In this document: one piece after another, positions 38,401-46,804 of the stretch
Position numbering within the stretch: the stretch's first letter is position 1
How the letters are laid out: each line of letters begins with the position of its first letter
From: Amoebophrya sp. A120
Lineage: Eukaryota; Protista; Dinoflagellata
Direction of reading: 5' to 3'
Assembly (NCBI GenBank): GCA_905178155.1
Contig: CAJINV010000012.1
Coordinates: 1,616,492-1,680,491, forward strand
DNA length: 64,000 nucleotides
Program-made: the position numbers and the translations under genes
The notes under the pieces: model-generated
Told to the model about the DNA's origin: nothing
The model's input: the letters and a program-made list of their open reading frames with translations, nothing else
Database searches by the model: none

Positions 38401-41400
38401 CAACTGAAGGACAATTCTTGGCACCACAGAAGTGCGAAGTTGCAACGTCGATAGAAGACCCGCTGAGGGTAAACGTGATCCGACAGGCTTTCCAGCCTTT
38501 CGGGATTCTGTTCGAGGAAAAGACATTTCTGAAGATTCTGGGGATCAAAATAGTGCCAAAAGACAAAACGGAACAAGCCAAGGCCCTGAGGGGGCAGGTC
38601 AGACAAAGTATAGGGATAGGACAACGCTTGGCGTGCCAAGTAATGGCGAAAAGGGGAAGGCTTAACGGCGAGGAACTCACGTGGGTAGTGCAGGTTTTCT
38701 TTGTGTCGGCAGTGATATACTTCCTGCCAGTGATGCATTTATATTTCGACCTAGGAGACTGGGCGGAATTGATGGGCGAAATGGCGCTGACAATAGCTGA
38801 AACACTGGGAATGACAACGGAGGCAGTGGAAGAGCTGATGGCCCGAACAGAAACAACGGCGGAGACATTCTACAGGGTAGTGCTCGGGATGAATTTACTC
38901 GGACTAGCTGACCCGTACGCGATGGGACTGAAAACGCTACGCGCAACGGCGCAGGCAAACTACCTAACAGACCCGGCCTTGTTCGCACCATTAGCAACGA
39001 CGCCAGTAAAGGTAGTAGGCGAAGCAAAGGCGGGCATCCCGAAAACAGAAGAACGAAAAATGCTGAAAAGAAAAGAAGCCGACATAGCACTGCTGCGGGC
39101 GCTGAAGGATGGCGCGACAGTTAGGCTATCGCCGGGAAGCGACCTGCGTGCAGTGGGGATCGTGAAGGAGAGAAGCGCGCGGGGTCCCCCAAGGGTAGAG
39201 GATCAGTATACACACAGGGGGAGCGCGGGTCTGGTAGTCAGCAGGAACAGAAAAGGAAGCCTCGGGAAGAAAGGGCAGGGCGATAGGATGCAAAAAATAT
39301 GGGTGAAGCATGCCGGAAATGAAAGAAGTACAACAGTCACAGTACAAGAGGCAAGTGAAAGGACGGAGACACACCTGAGGACGATAGAGACAAAAGTGGA
39401 GCACTTAAAGACTGAAATAAGAACAGAGGAAAAGACTTTCGTGGCATACTGCAACAACGCAATGAGGGCCATAGAAATAGCCACAGAGAGGAGAAAGAAA
39501 GAAGGCGGAGCGGCGCAGATTATACTGCTGGACTGCCACGAGTTAAGGGAGAAGACGCGGGGGATATTACGAAAAGGGCATGGAATAGGCTTGGAGCTAC
39601 AGGAGACAATAGAAAAAGCCGAAAGTGAGGACCCGGGCCTAACTATAGTAACGAGATGGGGAAAAGGAACTGCAAGCAGAGCAGAAGCGACAAGAAATAT
39701 AGACGGAGGGACCAAAGAAGAGATACCGCTCAGGGTGGCGAACGTGCTAAATCACGACAATGAGTGCACGGACTGGGTGCGGTTCGACTTCGGAACGAAG
39801 CGGATTCCATTGAAACCGGTGTGGGAATGGCCGGAAATGTCAAAAATAGAAAGGCAGGTATACATACATAGGAAAATGAAAGACAAGGAGACAGAAGGGG
39901 ACAAAAAGAAAGAAAATGTAGAAGCTGGGGACGGTGATGAAATGAAGCGAGGCTTAGGAGAGAAAGACAGCGCGAAATCTCAAAAGAAGAAAGAAACGAA
40001 AAAGAACACCAACACAGAGAGGATAGGAAAGGAGAGTGGCGCTGCAAGCAGTCAAAGTAAAAGTAGCCGGGCAAATGTAGAAAGAAAGCAAGAAGAAAAA
40101 GGGGAAGAAAGAAGGGAAGGAGAGACACTTTCTGAAACTATGCTGCGACTAATCGAGAAAGAGAAGAAGAAAGCAGAGGAAACTGGTGACGAGATGGCGC
40201 AGGGGGCATTCAGAATAATCCAAAAAGCGACGAAACTGTTGCAGGAGGTAGAGGAGGCGAATAAAGAAGACGATGGTAGAAAGTCAAACGAAAAAGAAAG
40301 GGGACGGGAGGAAGGAGACCAAGAAGAAGGGATCAGCGAAGACGGAGAAGAGGAAGAAAAAAAAAGCTTCTACGGGGCGCAAGAATATGAAGGCACTCGG
40401 AGAGGATACGTGTTCAAAAGAGGGGCGATGGGACAGGGATACTATATAGATCAAGGCCCAGAAGAGGCAACGCGAGCACTTTTTCGGAATCTGGTGGCGT
40501 GGGGGGAGGGTGAGAAAAGGGACGCGATTAATAAGGAGCGGGCGGAGGAAGGTCGAGATGAAAAAGAGGCGGACCAAGAGCAGCAAAAACGGAGAAAAGT
40601 GGAGAAACAAGACAAGAAAGCGAACCAAAACGGTGGAAACGTAGACGAAAAAAAGAAGCAAACGACGGAGGCCTCTAACTTCCCCACAGTCGAGAAATTA
40701 ATGGCAGATGACCCCATGACATTGATGAAGAAAGAGAAAGAACAGCGGGAGAAGGAGCCGAGGATGCAGGAGGAGAAGAGGAGGAGGAGGCAGATGCAGT
40801 ACGAAACTCCTATGCAGCGAGAATTAGCCCAAATGTATAGAGTCCTAGAAAAAGAAAACAGCGATGGAAAATGAATGAAGAAAGAGAAAATAGTGACTGC
40901 AGTGTGTTTCTTCTTTTTTGGAGGAGATTGATGAATGGATAGCAAAGTAGAGGCAATAAGAGACCTCATACGTGAATGAAATAAAGGAGCAAAGAAGACA
41001 CAGACCGGGGCTCAAGGCGAAAAAGGCAAATGCGGGGTGTTCTGGCGGGTGCAGAGGGAAGAGTGTAGACACAAAACGGAACAGAAAAGAGCGAAAAAAA
41101 TGATGTGACTGCGTATGGACCTCGTTTCGACACGTTCCCGCCAGCCCGGAGGGGTGCGGCGATGCTAATCATTTCGTTCCCGCCAGCCGTAAAGGCACGG
41201 CGCTGCTTTTCCTCTCCTTGCACCGGCGAACCGCATGCACTGACGCGCTAGGAAACGAAAAGAAAAAGAAAGAGAAGAAAGAGAAACTATATAAAAGAAG
41301 TGGTGCCAGGGTTGCTAATTTAAAAGACTGCGCTAATGCAGCACCCCCCTTCCCCAAGGGGTCCCCCCGGGGCGGGCGCGATGGCGGCTCTGCGAATGCG

Positions 41401-44400
41401 GAGCTCCGCGGGCCGTTTCTATGGAAACGCATAGAAAAGGGTGCGGGAAGAAGATCGGCAAAACGTGTCTGAAAGGGACACGCCGTTGGGTCGCCCGCCA
41501 TCGTGGTAGGATCACCGTGTCTGATCATTAGACCCCCTGTATACTTTTTAGCGCGCAACCGGCCACGCGCGTAGTTCTTCGAGCAAGTTTGTAAGACTAA
41601 CCCATCAAGGCAATACTGGAACTCCACCTTGCTCGCGGGCTTGGATGGTAAGGCAGGTCAGCCACACATCGCGCCCACTGGTTGCAGCCATGCGTAAGAA
41701 ATCGATAGCGGTTCTGCAGGTGCAGTCGGGTGGTAGCTAGGAAGTGGACCGTGTCTCCACCTAGGGGTATCGGCAGAGGCTAAATCTGTTCTAACGCCCA
41801 GGTATTGGCAGAGGCTAAATCTGTTCTAACGCCGACCCGCCAGGAGTTAAATGGTACTACTACTACTCAACTTGGTCAGAAGTGTACAGCTTTTGGCACT
41901 CATGCAACACAGATTTTCGCATGCTTCAGATTTACCATGACAAGTTGGAATCTTCCAGACCCAGACACTTTTGCATTTCATAACTGGATTCCCAGTCGAA
42001 AAAGGAGCGGAGAAAGTCGTCCGATAAAATGTATCACCTGCGGCAAAAGTATTAATAGTAATTGGGAACAGTCCAGTAGCAGCAACAGTTCTAGCATGAA
42101 AAGGAAAACTCTCTACACTTTCCACGTGTTTTGGCATGATTGAGAAATTGCGTTTTTCTTCTTGAAAAAAAATCGTAAAGATAATGCAATTTCCTCATTT
42201 TGCGATACTTTTGCAAGAAAATGCATAAAGTGCAAAGGGAGCTGATTTTTCGGTACGTGCAGCTGGTCTACTTTGGCCTCGCGCTGGTCATCATGATCGA
42301 CACCACCTATTTCGACTTTGCGGAGCAGTACCTTCCCTCTATTGCCATGCTGACCCCCTTGTTTCTCAGCGTGTTTGTCACCGGATTGTACCTGAAGCGA
42401 GAATATCAAGCGCAAATATGTCTGGGTCTGGAAGAATCCTGCATGTTTGTCATGCTTCTCTGGCATGACTCTCAAACCTGTCATGCACGTTACCCAAGAG
42501 CACCACTTTTCTGTCATGCAGAAAGAAACGCAGTTTGTCATGCAGAATAGGCAACACCTCCTAGAAGCTCAGAAACTTGCCATGCTGAGCAAGCACTTGT
42601 GGCCTCCCCAGGATACGCCACCCAGCTGCATCACAAGTTTCCAGACATCCAGGGATATTTGCTCTTGATAGAGAAAACCAGCTGCATGTGACCGGAACGC
42701 TGCTGCATCATGCTGGTCGGGCGACCCGGTTAGACTCCTCGCAAGTCAGCAAGAAGTCGCAGTCGGTCGAGGCGTTGCTCGAAGACCGCGAGAGGCAAGC
42801 GATGTATCACATAGAAAAAAGCAGGCATAATTTGTAATGCAAAAATAAATACACACAAAAATCTGTACTGCGCATGATCCTAAACAGCATGCTATGGGGC
42901 CGCCCATGGTAAATTTTTCTGTGTATTTCTTTTTGCATTACAAATAGTAAATAGGCTCTACTTCCTGCTTTTTCCTCTGGGATACGATGCACAATCTGAT
43001 CATCGGCCCGGAAACGACACCGGCGGACGCGGCAGAAGATGTCGCAGGTGGCGCCTTTCGAGGACGCACAAGTAGTCAGGACAGCTCTCCGCAGGAGAGC
43101 TTGCTGTCCGACACTGACTATGATGAAAATCCAGCTGCTGGTGCGCACGACCATCTGATGCCGCGGTCTCATGTTTCCTCCGCGGAACAAGACCTGCGTG
43201 ACGCGACAGCGGAGTGCGAAAAAACCGCTTCGGATCTACTGGCGCTGCAGCGAAGAACGAGCGCAGGTTTTAATAATTGCTGAACTTTTTTAGTGGCTAA
43301 GCTTTTTGGATGTGGATATTTTTTCCTACACCACACCGTGCGACCTCTGTAGAAGTACAACTGTAAAACGGTACTCGTTTTTTTGATGAAAGAAGGGCCA
43401 TCAGGTTCCAAGCACTTCTACTTTGTTTGTACCGGCATGTAGGAGGTCTTGAGAATTTTATTGAAAAAGAAGCACGACCCTATATCATGCGATGAATGAG
43501 AATAAACCTATCAACGAACTACTGGCCACAGATCTTGCCGACGCAGCAAAAGCCATGGATAAAACGGTGGACGAATTGGTCCGGCACTCCAACAGGCGAG
43601 TGAGCGCCTTGCGCGTGCATTTGCAGAAGAAGTTCACGCATTTTACCGCCAAGTTCACCGAGCACCACTACTCCCCCACGGGGAATTTTATGATCTACGC
43701 GATGGGCAGTTTGATCGTATTTTTCTCTTACGGTGCGAGCAAGTGGGTGCACTCCTACTGCTATGCATTGCAAATATGTCTGGGTCTGGAAGATTCTTTC
43801 TTACATTTGTCATGCATGTCTGACATGACTCGAGAATCCGTGATGCATGGCCACGAAAAGGCTCTCCTATCTGTCATGTAAAAACGTTGTTTCTCATGCG
43901 GAATACGCAACACATCGCAGCTCAAAAATTTGTCATGCGTGGCTGCGTATTGCAGTCCGGCTAAAAGTGTATTACACTTTTAGCATTACAAGTTTCCAGA
44001 CCCAGACATATTTGCAGTTGATAACTGCGGCCCGGACTTTTGCAAGCACCCGGAGAACTGCGTCATCGCGTTCCTGCTCCCGCACTTCAACCACACCGCA
44101 ATCTGCACGTTTTGGATCGGTATCAAGTGCAAAAATGTCTGGGTCTGGAAGATTGCAAGGTTTGTCATGCACATCATTTTGCATGGCCCGTGATGTCTGT
44201 GATGTATGCCCCAGCATCACAATTTTTTTGCGGGCATCTTGATGCCTATCCCGCATGAGAAATGCCCTCTCCGCGGAGCTAAAACTGGACGCCTCTTGCT
44301 GCTCATGCAATACAGATTTTTTTAGATTCCAAAAATAGCATCACAAGTTGCATTCTTCCAGACCCAGACACTTTTGCAATCCATAACCGGGGTCGGCATT

Positions 44401-44544
44401 TGGCTGCAGTGTGTGGGCATGTCGGGCCTGTGTGCGCACATCGAGGCCGAGTCGTTTGGCCGGAAGTTGCACCGCCAGATGGAGGTGGGCACCGGACAAG
44501 TGGTGGCTGAGTCGCACGCGGTCCTCGGAAGGCACCAGTATTGA
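26469..44544 (+). CDS. multi-pass membrane protein with long low-complexity N-terminus; 18 introner introns (one 10.3 kb) plus 1 GT-AG intron (43267-43531)
   Basis: One open frame is recovered across all 19 junctions, including ...ALTL|DSQSKKERR... across the retrotransposon-containing intron; hydrophobic segments such as AILLFFFTIYVAYYFGFYI, VQLVYFGLALVIMI and FMIYAMGSLIVFFSY; stop TGA 44542-44544. Confidence 0.8.
27494..27755. mobile_element. Introner family A
   Basis: TIRs; DR ACGAG/ACAAG. Confidence 0.87.
28156..28428. mobile_element. Introner family A
   Basis: TIRs; DR CTGTA/ATGTA. Confidence 0.87.
28482..28630. mobile_element. Introner family B
   Basis: TIRs; perfect DR CTACA. Confidence 0.9.
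28686..28944. mobile_element. Introner family A
   Basis: TIRs; DR TCACC/TGACC. Confidence 0.88.
28983..29204. mobile_element. Introner family C
   Basis: TATCGCAAGAAAAAAGTGTTACAGTTACACATT / AATGTGTAACTGTAACACTTTTTTCCTGGGATA; perfect DR ACATC. Confidence 0.9.
29244..29518. mobile_element. Introner family A, degenerate
   Basis: TATCAAATGCAAG / TTTGCATTTGATA; DR CGAAA/CGCAG. Confidence 0.8.
29554..29770. mobile_element. Introner family C
   Basis: TATGCACGAAAAAAACTG / CAGTTTTTTCCCGGGATA; DR CCTCC/TCTCC. Confidence 0.83.
29833..30097. mobile_element. Introner family A
   Basis: TIRs; perfect DR GGCGT. Confidence 0.9.
30142..30385. mobile_element. Introner family A
   Basis: TIRs; perfect DR GAAAC. 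Confidence 0.9.
30458..30612. mobile_element. Introner family H
   Basis: TACGCAATACAAATTTCCCG / CGGGAAATTTACTGTGGATA; perfect DR TACTG. Confidence 0.8.
30716..30952. mobile_element. Introner family E
   Basis: TATGAGAGTGCACA / TGTGCACTCTCATA; DR ACGAA/AGGAA. Confidence 0.85.
31029..31297. mobile_element. Introner family A
   Basis: TIRs; DR GGAGC/GCAGC. Confidence 0.87.
31820..31841 (+). other. complete dinoflagellate spliced leader (DinoSL) at the retrotransposon 5' end
   Basis: ACCGTAGCCATTTTGGCTCAAG is an exact match to DCCGTAGCCATTTTGGCTCAAG; followed by CGACA rather than a GT donor. Confidence 0.96.
32128..33291 (+). CDS. retrotransposon ORF1 (387 aa), Gly/Lys/Trp/Tyr-rich C-terminus, putative nucleic-acid binding
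   Basis: First long ORF after the SL; small N-terminal domain (TVVRFWNSGTLMLQG) followed by GKG/WG-rich low complexity. Confidence 0.7.
   Translation: MGRGKKKKSAAGPCRDKENHTKFVNIEAEQLMEFLGQLINQDPDTIQMHSREGCDKTAAVLWMEKRTVVRFWNSGTLMLQGDGALMADLFEEFLDTGENVDEKQIGTGEVIEWKEDQYLRPSNQMKTALEWEKEAAKAGGEQWGMLNQAPYGKKGKGYYWPEEVGYGNYSDMGGGEYLYQNESKGSGEYEKGGGFYDDWEAEQEGDYGKGLAKKKEGKCRAFYSQCDDGKEEGEKEEYNETEDGAQFTTKVKGEPQARQEYEEEMVADYGPGGEGKAKGDTGKNEWGQHGKEQMTKGKGWDTEWPHYATPMYGPKSGPYGGKEGMEHWYKKGGKGKTPYGKMGEKGGWDWGKEKNWWAAGKGVGDGGHENYNYGSGTKWGMGGSGYY
33795..34748 (+). CDS. retrotransposon accessory ORF (317 aa), very Lys/Arg-rich, coiled-coil-like
   Basis: ATG-started ORF inside the element; function unknown; purine bias favours such ORFs. 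Confidence 0.55.
   Translation: MALLVPRFKPPPKKEKKEDVRKLDRLSTLLEEMERDTEKLRKKIDEEEKKPKERATIAELIEERESDTILTGKAKPAMTIKDINKRRGSMKMRLLKNLIEVRRKRKTPMTKWLRRTPEKDASGRTLTMKQRQHMARAMRLKAGAEKMKKLFAAAIESKETNTELEDERDKKRALGIVRLRRMNRIQWKIHIGDDMRRRRVQNKKKKKEKAQLSKDRKETINTNSKNARKRLAQALESEEGHREWQKRARELIETKSYKGSKALVRLTRAERLEHEKKRKQRAAQGQAKRTKEARKRENGTQRADRLRKIQEKRKKAE
35216..37519 (+). CDS. retrotransposon APE/EEP endonuclease plus start of RT (pol N-terminal part)
   Basis: FWNING, AFYRRP, LAGDLN, PTCFR..TAIDIV, SDHVAL; then AAGMDGL, resembling the LINE RT domain-0 motif APGPDG. Confidence 0.85.
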   Translation: MDQNEGDDDRKRQESLLPRETPEGREDSTRRTDTEQREGEMEEEKEERNDNEEEPDGIWRGEMQEEMGEEEKKERNDGQDDLRRERHMFWNINGVKRLNAIRLVKAYRDIAPKITGASCAELKTAALTQDQAAFKHVEEEMKRLGLEGRPGIYFAAATDMKGVASEMNSGAVGIVYTDETKKLPKKTMRKEIFRRERGGAFFQRDATDKEGILLWMIAAEDERGMLVVAFYRRPAKDTPKDSEEVAHIRKQMQEMTSELEKMIEEAGIAILAGDLNCQHQIDERGKVKFERERTGVQKVYFSEIIEPIQKIFNKHAETLTTGGPTCFRNPENPTAIDIVAIAEKRAKVVAKTCERIQIPRTVKEENGEDKEVEGENKEEESDHVALLADIVWIPEPEKPTEEQKQKKEKEQKRWKFNARYTLMVPTVESSRQRIEIIKGKERLQKKNPVTQLVKWPRKSVTLERLQQVMEKAGTAPENRRSMLGMQKWLMEKLGEAGVLKLKEVPKQDANYENWQKKKKDERKTQEKEEKNEETARRQEQKSKQDEMEKTWLASFAEKPKKEEKNEKAVYETARKVKEAVCGVGRGMPMGEAKEVTVGGTLVQGVEAATERIASSHLLKCEFVRKQNDKKHAYDGKELEKAPRQLTQACKEVKSVRLTGPQLQAHVSKLNSEAAGMDGLRQGIYRALTPEQYQVLAEVFSRFLKEVEEYEMKQAKRGKGAEAPGGAPQCGAGGAVEKTNSSNNGNRKDPDRDTGDSGSEGVAERSGI
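37350..40874 (+). CDS. retrotransposon reverse transcriptase (pol C-terminal part, +1 frame relative to the endonuclease ORF)
   Basis: GLDASNYFNNI, LIQGAVETMLA, QYVDD (YVDD at 38298-38309), LAPQKC, LKILGI; frame opens at 37350. Confidence 0.88.
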   Translation, partial: SKRNEGKGPKLLEEHLNAVQVELLKKQTAATTAIEKIRTVIQGTAVVRVLLSVVVYEMARVADKSDALTRCGSASKPGASCQATALQVLETCHEGEERGEAETPDERKEGGNGQEKRRKEAGVFGLDASNYFNNIGLPRAVAAYRAAKLHPCFIKLIIVTAWTKDLWIRNGDCCGHVLRRRELIQGAVETMLAGTLIFLPGVEIVAEFLEEIFNEDGRAEEERLKAADAKMRTRIKRLYKGGDIDTTFPDYNVREEADEIYLKEAPPVVTGYRKGEKATTEQGKRKVDEKGKRVETRYYSGTLPGDGKRRWTLCVQYVDDGTVVIKFFIEDIQIVARALKAASWAYEEIYATEGQFLAPQKCEVATSIEDPLRVNVIRQAFQPFGILFEEKTFLKILGIKIVPKDKTEQAKALRGQVRQSIGIGQRLACQVMAKRGRLNGEELTWVVQVFFVSAVIYFLPVMHLYFDLGDWAELMGEMALTIAETLGMTTEAVEELMARTETTAETFYRVVLGMNLLGLADPYAMGLKTLRATAQANYLTDPALFAPLATTPVKVVGEAKAGIPKTEERKMLKRKEADIALLRALKDGATVRLSPGSDLRAVGIVKERSARGPPRVEDQYTHRGSAGLVVSRNRKGSLGKKGQGDRMQKIWVKHAGNERSTTVTVQEASERTETHLRTIETKVEHLKTEIRTEEKTFVAYCNNAMRAIEIATERRKKEGGAAQIILLDCHELREKTRGILRKGHGIGLELQETIEKAESEDPGLTIVTRWGKGTASRAEATRNIDGGTKEEIPLRVANVLNHDNECTDWVRFDFGTKRIPLKPVWEWPEMSKIERQVYIHRKMKDKETEGDKKKENVEAGDGDEMKRGLGEKDSAKSQKKKETKKNTNTERIGKESGAASSQSKSSRANVERKQEEKGEERREGETLSETMLRLIEKEKKKAEETGDEMAQGAFRIIQKATKLLQEVEEANKEDDGRKSNEKERGREEGDQEEGISEDGEEEEKKSFYGAQEYEGTRRGYVFKRGAMGQGYYIDQGPEEATRALFRNLVAWGEGEKRDAINKERAEEGRDEKEADQEQQKRRKVEKQDKKANQNGGNVDEKKKQTTEASNFPTVEKLMADDPMTLMKKEKEQREKEPRMQEEKRRRRQMQYETPMQRELAQMYRVLEKENSDGK
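41766..41833 (+). repeat. 35-bp-period tandem duplication near the element 3' end
   Basis: GGTAT(C/T)GGCAGAGGCTAAATCTGTTCTAACGCC x2. Confidence 0.85.
42032..42227. mobile_element. Introner family B variant
   Basis: TATCACCTGCGGCAAAAGTAT / ATACTTTTGCAAGAAAATGCATA; DR AAATG/AAGTG. Confidence 0.78.
42404..42670. mobile_element. Introner family A
   Basis: TIRs; perfect DR GAGAA; interior close to 2717-2976. Confidence 0.88.
42805..42984. mobile_element. Introner family I
   Basis: TATCACATAGAAAAAAGCAGG / CCTGCTTTTTCCTCTGGGATA; perfect DR CGATG. Confidence 0.85.
43762..44023. mobile_element. Introner family A
   Basis: TIRs; perfect DR ACTGC. Confidence 0.9.
44121..44385. mobile_element. Introner family A
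   Basis: TIRs; DR ATCGG/ACCGG. Confidence 0.88.
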
Positions 44545-45387
44545 GGCGGGATGTACTAGCACGACACTCTCAAGACTAACAAACTCCGCGGACCATGAGG
44601 GGACGATGAAAACGCAGCTGGTAATTAGATGGTACTGCGAATGGGAGTGCCAATAGCTACTGACTTACGTAAGTAGATGAATTTGTGACCACTCCAGCAG
44701 GACCGACCCCTGAGTCAATAACTTGTTAAGGTAGAGTTTCCTTACAAATACTGTTGGCTGGAGAGTCTTCACCATCAGCAACCGGCGGTGTACGGATAAT
44801 CTAAATTTGTTTCTGTTTCGATCGATTCATGACAGGTGGAATTTACAATACAGTAGATGGAACAGCAATTTGTTTCCACGAATTCCAAGAAAATAAAAAG
44901 CAATTTATGATTTTGCCGTCGAAGAAATGTAAGTAGAAAGAAAAATCAAGATGTTCAAACAATGAAATTATTCCTGTTCGAAGATGTTCTTTCACGTTGG
45001 CATGTTGAAATAAACGATAAGCTTGTTTTCGTTTCTCGTCGATCGACGGTCCAGCTGCGGAATATCCTGTGGTCGTTCTTCTGTATTGTTTTCTCTTCGT
45101 CGAGAGCGATTTCAACGAGAGGGGACGAATAAGTTGAGCGACATGCAGTTCTTGCTGCGTCGGTCCATATTACTTGCTCGTTCCACCGAGGGAGTGGAAA
45201 TTCTCAGCACAGCATGTTCGTCGTGCTGGGTAACAAGATAGAAGAATGAGCAACGCGCAGCGGAAGTCGTTTTCGTGTGTGAAAACCGTGCCCGTATGTG
45301 TAAGTACTTGATTTGGCAGTGCGCATTTATTTTGACGAATACCACTAGAACGGTGTCCGCAGCAACTAGCCTTTTTATAATCAAACC

Positions 45388-46804
45388 ATGCCCGGGGGCC
45401 TCCTCACGTCGGCGTTGCAGGAATTGCTCGACCAAAAAGAGCTCTGGTCTTCGTGGTCGGATACCGCTTCATCTTCTGCTGGCACACGACGACCTCTTTC
45501 ATCCCCCACGACCAGCGCAAGAATTTTTGCACAACCGGGTACTCCAATGTTGAAGATCAACAAGAACAAATTCAGCACGACTAAAAATCTGGTCACCCAC
45601 TTTTTTTTTGGGCCCGAAGAGGACCCGAACGACCCCGGCCCGCCCCCGAACGCGACGGGGGAAGAGCAAACTCTGTGCCCCGCCGACGGCAAGGCGTGCC
45701 CGATTGGGTGCCCGACCCGGGCGTGTGTGGAAGGGCAGTACTGTCCACAGGACGACCATTCCTTTAAAGCGGATTTGAAGGTGTGTCCAAAAACGGGGTG
45801 CCCGAAGGAAGGCTGTGTGAAAAACGCGTTGGAACGGAAACCCTACCAGCTGAGGCCGTGCAGCAGGACGGTATAATTCGATATAATTTGAAGATAATGT
45901 TCTTGTGTAAAGAATACACAACGCGCACGTCTATTTGTGCTGCAAAAATAGTAGGCATTCTCATTGAGGTGAAACTTGCTCGCAGTTACTTCGCGTAGTT
46001 CCAGGGCGACGCAAAGTAGTTCTTTCCGCTTTCTTACTGTATGATTCAATCATCCAGGGTCGCGACCGCAACGGGCAGGCGTACCAGAATTTCGGGCGGC
46101 AGGGGAGATTTTGCGACGATCCGAAGCACCCAAACAACAACATTTGCGTGACGTTCCTCCCGAACGATTTTTGCAAGTGGAGCGTCGCGCTGAAGCCGGG
46201 CGGCATGCGGGTCGGGTACAGTGAGAAAACGGCGGCGGACGGCGGGAAGTTTTACACGTATGACCTGGACCGGAGCCAGGAATTCTACACCGAAATGCCC
46301 CGCAACCAGGCAATTACCTCTGCGAAAAACGAGGAGGATGAACACTCGATCTGGGAAAGGAGTAATACTGTCACCGGCGGGAAGTTCCTGAACGCAGCGC
46401 AAACCCGGTGGCCCTCGACGACGACCGACGTCAGGACGCAGCAAAGTGGGGCTATCGCCGCCGCGACCAGCTTCGCTTACTCTGTCCACGACGCGGTCAC
46501 CTCCGATCACCAAATTGATCCGAACTACCAGAAAAACGAAACCTGTTGTCGGACAGAGGACAACTTCTGTCGGGAGGTGGAGGGGGAGCCGATGTGTGTT
46601 ACGCTGGAGCAATTCCGGAACTACATGCAGAGCGGGCAGAATTTGCTGATAAAATGCTCGGCCAGCCGGGATCACTTGAACACGGGGTGTTGGTGGAACA
46701 ACGATTTGGCGTGGAACTTCTTTGGCGGGAAACAGCAGGAAGTGCCCGGGGTGGTTTCGGTGGATACGGTGACCCCGCCGATCAGCGGAAGCCAGTTGAG
46801 GTAG
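45388..46804 (+). CDS. Cys-rich hypothetical protein, two exons (GT-AG intron 45871-46057)
   Basis: ORFs 45388-45876 and 46148-46804 join in frame via ACG|GTATAA...CCAG|GGT; GC-ending codon usage. Confidence 0.7.

Larger units (their letters stand above)
31820..41866 (+). mobile_element. full-length non-LTR (LINE-like, APE-type) retrotransposon, about 10.05 kb
   Basis: SL at 5' end, two accessory ORFs, endonuclease and RT ORFs, ~1-kb 3' UTR, (TAC)4 tail at 41855-41866, strong purine bias on + strand, no introners inside, introner sequence resumes on both sides. Confidence 0.9.
31646..41982. mobile_element. Introner family A split by a 10-kb retrotransposon (left half 31646-31821, right half 41866-41982)
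   Basis: The two halves join into a close relative of 13400-13661; DR GCTGG/ACTGG; host frame is restored. Confidence 0.9.

Noticed and set aside
35216-40874. The LINE as the enzyme that mobilises the introners
   Set aside because: TIRs with a fixed 5-bp DR point to a DNA-transposase-type mechanism; nothing in the sequence links the LINE proteins to them
32029-41072. Phe/Leu/Ser-rich minus-strand ORFs as membrane proteins
   Set aside because: Antisense shadows of the purine-rich retrotransposon strand
31820-41866. LTR, DIRS or Penelope element, or a host retrogene
   Set aside because: No LTRs, integrase, tyrosine recombinase or GIY-YIG motifs seen; APE plus RT and a short-repeat tail indicate a non-LTR element
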